Assembly: GCA_951406725.2 (NCBI GenBank)
Contig: OX597838.1
Location: 18,662,001 to 18,726,000, forward strand
From: Octopus vulgaris
Lineage: Eukaryota
Reading direction: 5' to 3'
DNA: 64,000 bases
Shown here: positions 1-12,838 of the stretch, one piece after another
How positions within the stretch are numbered: the first letter of the stretch is position 1
How the letters are laid out: each line of letters begins with the position of its first letter
Notes under the pieces: generated by a model
What the model was told of the DNA's origin: nothing
What the model saw: the letters and a program-made list of their open reading frames with translations, nothing else
Databases searched by the model: none
Program-made: the position numbers and the translations under genes

Positions 1-274
1 AAGTGTTTGCAGAAGCGTCGTTTGAAAGATGTGCTGGCTGATCCGATATATTCACATTCCTAGTATATCTCTGGTAGGCTACAGTTATGGAGATGTTGTT
101 GGTATCACCGGTGACGATATTTTCGTCATGGCGTAATGATCCGGTGGTACTGGTACGTCTGCCGTCTCCGCGGTTGTTATCGCCGTGGTTTCCATCTCTG
201 GCCATGTAGTCAATTGTGTATAGAATTGTTAAGAAATATATCATGGCCAGACTGGAAATTCGGTGTAAATACAT
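1..274 (-). CDS. Candidate first coding exon of a secreted or membrane protein; runs off the window edge
   Basis: ATG at 274 with an in-frame TAG 4 codons upstream; 91 open codons to position 1: MYLHRISSLAMIYFLTILYTIDYMARDGNHGDNNRGDGRRTSTTGSLRHDENIVTGDTNNISITVAYQRYTRNVNISDQPAHLSNDASANT. Hydrophobic N-terminus, two N-I-S sequons, non-repetitive and more GC-rich than the flanks. No family recognised. Confidence 0.5.
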   Translation of the reverse strand, partial: MYLHRISSLAMIYFLTILYTIDYMARDGNHGDNNRGDGRRTSTTGSLRHDENIVTGDTNNISITVAYQRYTRNVNISDQPAHLSNDASANT

Positions 275-371
275 CACTGTACACTAGTAGTAATTTCGGA
301 GCAGTAATTTGGTGACAGAACTCATTAAGAAATCAAGAAACATTCTATTCTTTTTTTAAATTCCAGTTTTA

Positions 372-476
372 CGAGCTTATCGAGTCAATTATATATGCTT
401 ATAGAGTCAGGCACATAGAGTCAATTATATTAGCTTATGGAGTCAAGCTCTTAGAGTCAGATTTGTAGAGTCAACT
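372..476. repeat. Short degenerate tandem repeat with six GAGTCA cores
   Basis: GAGTCA at 382, 404, 418, 440, 454, 468 (spacing 22,14,22,14,14). Confidence 0.8.
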
Positions 477-540
477 AAAGAAAAAAGCAAAAGAATTATA
501 TTATGAAGTTCTTTTAATAATAATATTAACTTAAATTTCA

Positions 541-750
541 AGGAGGCGAACTGACAGAATCGTTAGCACGCTCGGCAAAATGCTGACATTTCGTCCGTCT
601 TTGCGTTCTGAGTTCAAATTCCGCCGAGGTAGACTTTATCCTTCATCCTTTCCGGATCGATAAACTAAGTACCAGTTGAGCACTGGTGTCGATATAATCG
701 ACTTAACCCATCCCACGAACTTGCTGGCCTTGTACCAAACATTCGAAAAA
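541..750 (+). mobile_element. tRNA-derived SINE, family B
   Basis: Head GGCGAACTGACAGAATCGTTAGCACG, B-box GAGTTCAAATTCC, central CTTCATCCTTTCCGGATCGATAAACTAAGTACCAG; many copies in the window. Confidence 0.85.
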
Positions 751-811
751 AAATATTAGTTTTAATTCAATTTGGTTCAAAACTACCTTTCATTCAAAAA
801 CCTTTCTAATA

Positions 812-974
812 TTGATTTCAAATTTTAGAACAAGGTCAGAAAATTCGGGGCAGAGGGTAAACCGATTACATCGACCCCATTCCTCAACTTCCTCGACTTC
901 TATGTAATTTGAACTCTGAACGTAAAGACGGGCCAAATGCCCGGCGTACTAACCACTCTGCCAGCTCGCCGTCT
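812..974 (-). mobile_element. SINE family B, internally deleted, inverted relative to 541-750
   Basis: Reverse-complement matches to the head (CTGCCAGCTCGCC), B-box (ATTTGAACTC) and CGATTACATCGACCCCA. Confidence 0.75.
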
Positions 975-1215
975 CAAACTGTTCTAATACTAACAGTAGT
1001 TTAAAGATTATCTCCCTTTAACAAACAGTAAAGCTACGTAGTTATGTTTACTGATGCTGTTTATCTACGTATAGTAAGTGTTCTTCATTGAACATATACG
1101 TGTAGAACTCATAAATAAGAAAAAATAAAATGCCGACGAGGCAATCTAAACTATATGGGCCCCGTATAGAGAAAATTCAACGACAGACCGTGACTACCGC
1201 ATAAAAATAGAAGTA

Positions 1216-1778
1216 TTGGGTTGTCCGGAAAGTTCGTGACGATTTTTAAAAGAAAGAAAAAAGTCATTAAATACTTGCCATTACATTTTTAATCAACCAA
1301 TTATGAGCCATTTTGTTGCATAATGCGTCTCCGTCTTTCCATTAATTTGAAAATACCCTCTTCCCAGAATTGAGGTGGTTTCATGGCAAAGAATTCATCA
1401 AGGTATCTTTTTATATCATCCAAGGAATTGAAATTTTTACCAGTAAGACTATTCTGCAGAGACCTGAATGAGTGGAAATCCGAAGGAACAATATCTGGTG
1501 AATATGGAGGGTGGGGTAACACATCCCAGCCGAGCTGCAGCAATTTTTGTCTGGTTCCCAAAGCATCAAGTGCCGAAAATGAACTTTGTCTTCCATTTTA
1601 AAGGGTTACAGAATTAACAGAGGTTATAGAAACACAAACCTTCTTCCACGAAAAGGTAGCTTAAACAGTGCTCTAAATGGAGGCATAGTCAAATGCTATT
1701 TTATTGGCTCTACCATGTTCTAAAATAAGTCGAAATGTAAGCTACTATAAATCGGCACAAACTTTCCGGACAACCCAA
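1216..1778 (-). mobile_element. Internally deleted mariner transposon (mellifera-subfamily-like)
   Basis: TA-flanked ~30-bp TIRs TTGGGTTGTCCGGAAAGTTCGTG...; transposase N-terminus MEDKVHFRHLML fused to the C-terminus TRQKLLQLGWDVLPHPPYSPDIVPSDFHSFRSLQNSL (YSPDLAP motif). Confidence 0.95.
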
Positions 1779-2527
1779 TATTACCCATTTAGTTCAGCTT
1801 AAAGACAAAAATCAAGATCTTTGTAATTGAGAAGATGGAGAAGGAAAATTATGAGAAAGAGTATAGCAGATTCGATGGAAGGCAGAGTGCACGAGAGACA
1901 AAGAAACTTGGTGGCAATGTAGAGACTTTGATCATCGTCTTCTTCTCTTGAAAAAGTTCTATAAATTTCAAAGAGATATTAACCGCCAAACAAAACTAAT
2001 ATATGAATATATATTACTGCAAGTAAATATTAATCCCAAATAAAATTGACCAATCAAATGATTCCGACTATTTTTAAATCAAAGAAACTCTTGCGAAGGA
2101 CATTGACTTTATTTTCTTTTGGCTTCAAACATGTTCGTTGTCTTCTTCAGACTACCACAGTGTGTGTACGTGTGTCCATGTGTCTTGTGCGCTTACTCTT
2201 TCTCTGTGTGCATGTGTGTGTGTCTGTATGTGTTTTGTGTGAGTGTATGTGTGCTTTGTGTGTGTGTGTGTTTTGTGTGTATCTGTGTGTTTTGTGTGTG
2301 TGTGTGTGTGTTTTGTGAGTGTGTGTGTTTTATAGTTGTGTTTTGTTCGTGCGTGCTTGTGTGTGTGTGTGTGTGTGTGCGTGTGTGTATCCTTCGACCC
2401 GTGACTAGTTTGTTAAGTGCTAACGCACTTAGACCTTAAGTCACTTTATTATTTTCTGCTGAATATTAATACACACACACACATATATATATATACACAC
2501 GAATCCATACATGCATACATATATACA

Positions 2528-2581
<54 letters not shown>

Positions 2582-2911
2582 GTGTATATATATATATACG
2601 CACACACACAAACACAAACACACACGTACACAATCACATATATATATATATATATACACACGAGTCCATACATGCATACATATATACACTTATATATATA
2701 CATATATATATATATATACGCACGCAACACACATACATACACATGCACAGACACTCACATACACACACACGAACAGACACTCACACACACACACATACAC
2801 ACACATATCGCATATTCCTATCATATGAAGGAAGACTTATACGTATATTCTTGTATCGAAGAACAAATAATCTCATTTTCTCTCCCCACTCCCTCTCTCC
2901 CTCCCCGTCTG

Positions 2912-2982
<71 letters not shown>

Positions 2983-3164
2983 CGTCAGCGTTATATGTTT
3001 GTATATACTTACGTAAATACATACTTACAGACGCACATATATACATACATATAAATATATACATACATACATACACACATACATACATAAATACATACAT
3101 ACATACATACATACATACATACATACATAAATACATTCATACATACATACATACATACATACAT

Positions 3165-3197
<33 letters not shown>

Positions 3198-3559
3198 TAT
3201 TTGTGTGCGTGAATGTGTGTATATGTGCGTGTGATGTGCGCCTGTGTATCTGCACAAGTGTACAGCGAGTGAGTATGTACATGTATTATCATTATTGAAT
3301 GCGTATGGAACTATATTGATAGAATAATCACACAAAAATATGTATAACTCTTATACATATATACCCGTTCATACATGTGTATATTGATACCTGTGTGTCT
3401 GTGTGCGTGTGTATGTGCGTGCATCTGTGTGTGCGTGCGCGCGTATCCACACGCCTGTATATATTCACGTTCTTAACCACTTATACGTCATTGCCCTATC
3501 TCTTATATAATATTTATCTCTTGGGGTACACACACATGTATGCTTGTGTGTGTGTATGA

Positions 3560-3698
<139 letters not shown>

Positions 3699-3734
3699 AT
3701 ATTATATATATATATATATATATAAATATATATA

Positions 3735-3794
<60 letters not shown>

Positions 3795-4300
3795 ATACAC
3801 GCACACATCATAAAGAAATGACGCTACATCGTATACGGATTTATTTGCGTCGCAATTTCTTCCACCATCACTCCCACCATCAACAGTCCCACAGAATCAC
3901 CGAACCATTCTTTCATTCCTACAACTGTCTTCTACGATTTTAGAATTATTCTATTAATTATTCAAAACCCAATGTCTAGAAGCATTTCTGCTATTTTCTT
4001 CAAACGCACAAATGTCTTTCTAGGAAATTTGGCAGACCGAATTCCTCAATAGAATTCACAGACTTTTGAAAAGTCAGCAAAATAATTCATTTTATTTTAT
4101 AGCTGAGCGAAGAGGAATGGGCTTTGTCATTGACCTTCGAAGAATTGTGTTTCACAAGATTGTGAAATGTTCTGTACAGAAGAAAGGTTTGGAAACAATG
4201 ACCTTGGCAAGTCTTTCTCTGTTTCGGGAGACGAAACAGTGCGGCTGAAGCTTATCTTGAAAATCTTAAGTCAACGACTACAGTGAAAACGTAAGCTTAG

Positions 4301-4446
4301 AGGCGCAGTTGTGGCTGTGTGGTAAGAAGCTTGCTTCCTAACCACATGGTTCCGGGTTCAGTCCTGCTGCGTTTCACCTTAGGCAAGTGTCTTCTACTAC
4401 AGCCTCGGACCGATCAAGGCTTCGTGAATGGATTTCTTAAACGGAA
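4301..4446 (+). mobile_element. SINE family A, 5' part
   Basis: GTGGCTGTGTGGTAAG A-box, GGTTCAGTCC B-box, GGCAAGTGTCTTCTACTA core; runs into a microsatellite. Confidence 0.85.
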
Positions 4447-4496
4447 TACATACACACACACACATACATACATACATACATACATACATACATACA

Positions 4497-4583
<87 letters not shown>

Positions 4584-4608
4584 GCGTATATACAGTATAA
4601 ACAAGACA

Positions 4609-4647
<39 letters not shown>

Positions 4648-5138
4648 TAAAGATAAAACTTACTTGGAAATGGATGCGTGGCGTTCAATCAAATAATATA
4701 AATAATATATATATATGTGTGCATATATACACGCACATGTACATACATACATATGTATGTATATAGGTATGCATATATGGGTACAGGACGTCACAAAACG
4801 TAAACATGAAATACGAAAATAACGTTGGGTACGCAAAGAACGAGAGAAACTGCCGGAACCGTATTCCACTGTAGCCCTTATCGCATGTCATTCTGCATCC
4901 ACAAGGCACAGCACTGACATGGCTTTATGGTCTTGAGGGATCATAACGATTTCTATGTCCCCCTCTCGACCATATTAGACTTCAGTTATCGTACCACCTA
5001 ACTTCTACCCATACTGTTCCCAAGGTCAACATCACTACAGTTACGTAAATTCACATAACGGCTGTGGATGGGTGAGCAGAGTACCCACCCACTCAGCCTT
5101 TCGTCTTGTACTAATTATAACAACTAGACAGACACTCA

Positions 5139-5176
<38 letters not shown>

Positions 5177-5836
5177 CTCATATCCTGATACAGTCTGTGC
5201 AAATTACATCATCCCAGATATTAACCATGGTTTCCTTTAACTGTTCTTTAGGGACAATTGAAAACCACTCCTTAGATTGCAAAACAAGTGTAAATTATTT
5301 CCGTCTTTGCTCATTCTAGGATTAATCTCTCTGGCAAGAAAATATTTTTCTTTAGTTACAAACCGTGTGCTGTTATTTTTTACCTTCGATAGCTTAGTGA
5401 TATCTAATACTTTTCTTTGACTACTGACACTAGCAAAAGAATTATTTTCTTTTGTTTGCGTCAGGTAAATTATGTCTGCGCTTATTAAAACTGCATTATT
5501 TCCTCATTTAATAAATTGTATGTCTGCTTATTTAAATACAATTTGGCTTCTTTTTTTCCCCGTCTATAACATCTATTGTTAAGTTTAAAGTTAATATTCT
5601 TGAGCCGGGGATTTTTCCTTCTCTAGCACGAGAAGCCGTATTAAAAAGAAATGTAAACACACGAAAACAAATTTATAATGTGCTTTAAAACATTATTGAG
5701 GTAAACAGCGACACGTTCTTGAGATCCTTGCTTGAAAACAACCAGAAAGAAAGAAAACAAAACTTTTTTCAGTAAACGAGCGAAGAAAATTCAATTTCAT
5801 TAGAGCAAGAATAAGCACGTCTGTCCATGAATAATA

Positions 5837-5890
<54 letters not shown>

Positions 5891-6158
5891 TAGATAATAA
5901 TTTTCGATCTAGTTTGGATTCTTTGCCATCAAATTTGAATTCGTTGCAATCAAATTTGAATTCTTTGCAATCAAATTTGAATTTTTCAATTGGTGCTCAA
6001 GCCTTGAAAAAAAACTACATCAGCCGTAAGGGAATACATGTCTATCTTATCTAACTCGTCCAGTAGAGCCCACTGTTACTCGAACTTCGAGCTAACCCCG
6101 AGCTTGGGACAAGAATTCAAATTTGATAGCAAAGAATTCAAACTAGATCGAAAACATC

Positions 6159-6160
<2 letters not shown>
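5891..6160. mobile_element. MITE-like element with ~45-bp TIRs inside (AAT)n
   Basis: TTTTCGATCTAGTTTGGATTCTTTGCCATCAAATTTGAATTC at left and its near-perfect reverse complement at ~6113-6154; three 21-bp subterminal repeats at left. Confidence 0.8.
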
Positions 6161-6244
<84 letters not shown>

Positions 6245-6261
6245 AGATGATAATAATAATA

Positions 6262-6432
6262 ATCTGTTCTACTATACGCACAAGGCCTGAAATTTGTTGG
6301 GAGAGGATTAGTCGATTACATCAACCCCAGTGCGTAACTGGTACTTATTTTATCGACCCCAAAAGGATGAAAGGCGAAGTCGATCTCGGTGGAATTTGAA
6401 CTCAGAACATAGCGACACGCGAAATTCCGCTA
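6262..6432 (-). mobile_element. SINE family B, 5'-truncated
   Basis: GTCGATTACATCAACCCCAGTGCGTAACTGGTACTT...GGAATTTGAACTCAGAAC. Confidence 0.85.
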
Positions 6433-6791
6433 AAACTTACCGCCTCTACTCTAATAGCCCTTTTCAGGGTTATACACCAATAGCTATTGACGATTGTGCC
6501 TGCCAACTCTCGATGGACTAACTTGCTAACCCGGTCTCTGAAAGCTTAGCACGCCGGGAAGGACGCGTTCAGCTTCCAGTATCCGGGGCCCTGTTTATAG
6601 ATCCAATCTATATCGACCGTACAGATCACAAATTTATAGTCCGTGTAGCCGACGACTTTGAAAAGTGGACAACATATACTACTTCTATCTACAGGCCTAC
6701 AAAATACTCTAAATACGATCTAGAAGACCCAGGGTGGTTCGCCCAAGTCCACATAGATGCATTCGGGAAATCCAGTTCGTACCTGTCAGCT

Positions 6792-6793
<2 letters not shown>
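6425..6793 (-). mobile_element. Tx1/L1-like LINE ORF2 fragment (end of AP endonuclease plus linker), decayed
   Basis: Translates as LADRYELDFPNASMWTWANHPGSSRSYLE..., VGYTDYKFVICTVD...GPGYWKLNASF and ...WCITLKRAIRVEAVSFS; GPGYWKLN is typical of L1/Tx1 ORF2. Confidence 0.8.
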
Positions 6794-6849
<56 letters not shown>

Positions 6850-6854
<5 letters not shown>

Positions 6855-7073
6855 CGTGGGTGTCTTTGTAGCTGTGTTTCTCCCCCACCACCGCTTGACA
6901 ACCGGTCTTGGTGTGTTTGCGTCCCCGTAAGTTAGCGTTTCGGCGAAAGAGGCCAATGACATGAGTACCAGGCTATGCAAAATAAAAGGGGGTCGATTCG
7001 TTCGGCTAAAATTCTTCAAGGCGATACCCCAGCATGACTGAAACAAGTAAAAGAGTAAAAAAGAGTAAAAAGA
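6850..7073 (+). mobile_element. SINE family A, 3' half
   Basis: CGCTTGACAACCGG...GTCCCCGTAAGTTAGCG...GACTGAAACAAGTAAAAGAGT. Confidence 0.8.
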
Positions 7074-7472
7074 GGACGTAATTAGGCATCAAACAAGAAC
7101 GATGTTCAACCCATTCTGCCAACACCCGCCAAAAACAAGCGCCTTACAAAATCTCTTCCTTCATCCGTCAATGCCTGTGCAACCAGCATCAACGCGAATA
7201 TACTGGGGAGAACTTGGATGGATCTAATGTTATTTGGTTTGTAAGTAAAAACAAAAAACAAAAGCAAAACATTTTCTCCTTACGTTCATTCAGCACTTAT
7301 CAAAGACTTAATTTAACAATGACCATTAACAGGCCATTAACTCAGCAAAAACTATTAATATTCCATTATATTGTACAGTCTTGCCTGCAGGGTGCAGTTT
7401 CGTAAATATTATAAATAATACTCTAAGTGCCCCTCTGTGCTTGTGTTTGTGTGTGTGTGTGTATGTGTGTTA

Positions 7473-7519
<47 letters not shown>

Positions 7520-7594
7520 TATACATATACATACACGCACAGATAGAGAGACTGGCTGGCAAGCAGACAAGCAGACAAGCAGACAGATATAGAC

Positions 7595-9197
<1,603 letters not shown>

Positions 9198-9329
9198 CAT
9201 GCTCCTAGAAATACGATGTGGTTACATAGCTTACTATTATTATCAGTGTTGATATTGATATCATCATCACCACCACCACCACCACCACCATCATCATCAT
9301 CATAATCACCATCACCATCACCATCATCA

Positions 9330-9590
9330 TTCGGTAATATCTTACTACGCGTGCTTTTAATATATCCCTCTGCGCAGTTTTATGAACCTTAGTATGTCTA
9401 ATGCTTTCTTTTCATTGGCTTTTTATGTTTCCATAATCATATTCTACTGCGTAATATGCACGAAGTTCTTCGCATTGCTATTGTTTTCTGTAGATTGTGT
9501 ATAAGTTCTGGCGCTTTGATTTCATTACTTTGCACGATTGCCTTCCTCGTCCTCTAGGCATATTTTGTTATTATAGGATTTGTTTCTATT
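9330..9590 (-). mobile_element. Possible very decayed R4-type LINE 3' end
   Basis: Reverse translation ETNPII...IHNLQKTIAM...SCILRSRI resembles the C-terminus of the neighbouring R4 element. Confidence 0.3.
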
Positions 9591-9633
9591 TTCAGCAGTG
9601 ATATCCTGGTTATCTCTATTTCCAGATCTTATA

Positions 9634-9795
9634 TTTACTCTTTTACTTGTTTCAGACGAGCACATCGACCCCCAGGACTTATTCTTTGTAAGCCGAGTAC
9701 TTATTCTATCGGTCTCTTTTGCCGAACATCTAAGTTACGGGGACGTAAACACACCAGCGTCGGTTGTCAAGCGATGTTAGGAGGACAAACGCAGA

Positions 9796-9882
<87 letters not shown>

Positions 9883-10036
9883 GACGGTCTTCTCTCAGTT
9901 TCCGTCTACCAAATCCACTCACAAGGCTTTGGTTGGCCCGAGACTATAGTAGAAGACACTTGCCCAAGGTGCCACGCTGTGGGAGTGAACCCGGAACCAT
10001 GTAGTTGGTAAGCAAGCTACTTACCACACAGCCACT
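9634..10036 (-). mobile_element. SINE family A, near full length, with internal (TA)n/(TG)n
   Basis: Reverse complement of the 19441-19864 copy. Confidence 0.9.
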
Positions 10037-10182
10037 AATTTTACCTTAGTTTTCTGTTGTTGGGTCTGCTTTTTCCGCCTTTTTAAATACGCCTCGCGGA
10101 CTTTTACTTTCATTTCTCTTTGTAGAATATCATCCAGTTCAAAAATACCTAAATATCTATACCCACTATTATTATTATTATT

Positions 10183-12123
10183 CAGTAGTTTTATTTTTTA
10201 TAGCGTGCTTTCATCTCACTACCGAGCGCAGCTCGGTGTGCCTTGGGTATGTGCTGTGATTTGTTGTGATGCTCTGATGGTTATTGTATGGAAAGTGTTC
10301 TGCGTAGGATGTGTGCAGTGCCTAGTAGTACAATTTTCTGTATGTTATATGTGTTTGTAAGTCCTGGTGTTTTTGTTATGTATTTGTCTGAATATTTTTT
10401 ATCATGCCTAATGCACCTACTATAATATTTCTGTTTTTAGATTCCACATTCTACTTACCTCCATTTCCAGGTCTTTGTATTTTGAAAGTTTCTCCATTTC
10501 TTTTAGAGACACGTTGTCATCTGCCGGTATTGATACATCAATTAGAAAGCATTTTTTTCTTCATGATCTCTGACAACTATATCTGGTCTGTTGGTCTTCA
10601 TTTCTCTATTTGTGTGTATCGGCATATCCCAGAGTATGGTTGCTTTCTCGTTTTCTGTGACCTTTTCTGGTGTGTGCCTATACCATCTTTTTTCTGTTGT
10701 TATTCCATAATGTTGGCATAGCTTCCAGTGTATGTAGGTTCCAACTCTGTCATGTCTGTGAATATATTCCTTCTTAGCCAGGACTGGGCAGCCAGAGATA
10801 ATGATTTATTGTTTCTTGTCCATCTCCACATATTCTGCAGTTACTTGTTATATTTCTTTTCATTACATGTTTTTGGTAATTTCTGGTGGGGAGGCTTTGG
10901 TCTTGTGCTGCAATTAAAAATCCCTCTGTCTCTGCTTTGAGTCCTGAGCTTCTCAACCATTGCTGGGATTTTTCTTTGTCTATTTCTTTTGCATTTAGTT
11001 TAGTCCAGTATTTACCGTGAAGGGGTTTTTCTTGCCATCGTTTTATCATGGTTCGTTGCTGTTCTAGTTTTAGTTTGGATTTCATTTGTTTTATAGCTTT
11101 TGTTGTTTCTTCAACTTCTTCTTCTTCTTTATATTTGTTAGGTGGTATGATTTCTTGTTTGTATTTGTCAGCTTCCTTAAATACTGAGAACAGTTTTTTT
11201 TGTTTTGCTCCTGTTTTGCCGCTATTCGTATCAGTTTTCCTTCCTTCTGAAGTAGATATTTTTGCAGTCCTATGGTGGTTATTTTATAGTAGTTTTCCAG
11301 CTGTATAAGGCCTCTACTACCTTGTATACGTTGTATATATAGTCTTTCTATGTCAGATTTTGGGTGATGCATCCTAGATCCTGTCATTATTTTTCTTGTT
11401 TTCCTATCTATTTTGGTCAGTTCATTTCGTGTCCAGTTAAGGATATTGTAGCTGTAACTTATAACTGGGATAGCTAAAGTGTTAATACCTATTATCTTGT
11501 TTTTAGCATTGAGCTCTGTTTTTAGTATTGATCTAACTCGTCTATATTCTTTTTTAATTTTCTCTTTCATTTGTGTGTGTTGTGTCGTATCTAGTTCATG
11601 GATTCCTAAGTATTTGTAAGTTTGGCTTTCGTCTAATTCTTTTATTTCATTGGTTTTATCTAGTGTGATGTTGCTACTCTTAACTAGTTTTCCTCTTTTC
11701 ATGGTTACTTTGGCGCATTTTTCTAGTCCAAATTTCATATCTATTTCTTTGGTAAATCCATGAACTGTCTTTAATAGTGTTTCCAGCTGTTTGTCATTTG
11801 CAGCGTATAGTTTTAGGTCATCCATATATAAAAGGTGGCTGATCGTTTTGCCGTAACATTTATATCCACATCCAGTTCTATTTAGCATATCAGATAGAGG
11901 TGACAGTGCCAAGCAGAAAAGGAGTGGAGAGAGTGTGTCTCCCTGGAATATTCCTCTTCTAATGGAGATGGCTTTGGTTTTCATGAGTCCCTCTTTTGTT
12001 TGGAGCTGTAGCACTGTTTGCCATTTATTCATAGAGTGCCCAATGAATTTTATAATTGTTGGTGCTACTTTGTTAATGGCTAGTGTTTCGAGGATCCATG
12101 TGTGGGGGATGCTATCAAACGCC

Positions 12124-12125
<2 letters not shown>
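10183..12125 (-). mobile_element. 5'-truncated R4/Dong-clade non-LTR retrotransposon (RT, zinc knuckle, restriction-like endonuclease), frameshifted
   Basis: KAFDSIPHTWI, GIFQGDTLSPLLF, LLYMDDLKLY; KPLHGKY...AAQDQSLPTRNY...CRICGDGQETINH; NRPDIV...LIDVS; IVGALG; ends LLGTAHILRRTLSIQ* at ~10281. (TAT)n on both flanks. Confidence 0.95.
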
Positions 12126-12158
<33 letters not shown>

Positions 12159-12168
12159 GATTATTATG

Positions 12169-12221
<53 letters not shown>

Positions 12222-12512
12222 GATTATGATTATTATTATTATTATTATTTACTGCGAGAGAGGAGCCTTAATGATTTTCGTATCAGTGTGATTTTGACTT
12301 CCCATTTTCCACACTTACTGTCGCTTCTTTGCTTGATTTTTCATTTTCCTTTGTTACCTGCAACTTCGAAATGCAGTTCTTTTTTATGTAAACACACACA
12401 CACACACACACTGAAACAGCGATAAAAAGAGTTGAACGCATGATATGATAATGTTCGGCGCTAAATCAACAGAGAAGGAAAGAGGGAAAAGCGTAGCAGA
12501 GAATGCGAGCGA

Positions 12513-12575
<63 letters not shown>

Positions 12576-12737
12576 ATATGTATATATATATGTATATATA
12601 TATATATGTATATATATTTGTATATATATATATATGTGTATATATATGTATATATATATATGTATATATATGTATATACATATATATGTATATATATGTG
12701 TGTATGTATATATATATATATAGAGAGAGAGGTAAAC

Positions 12738-12838
<101 letters not shown>

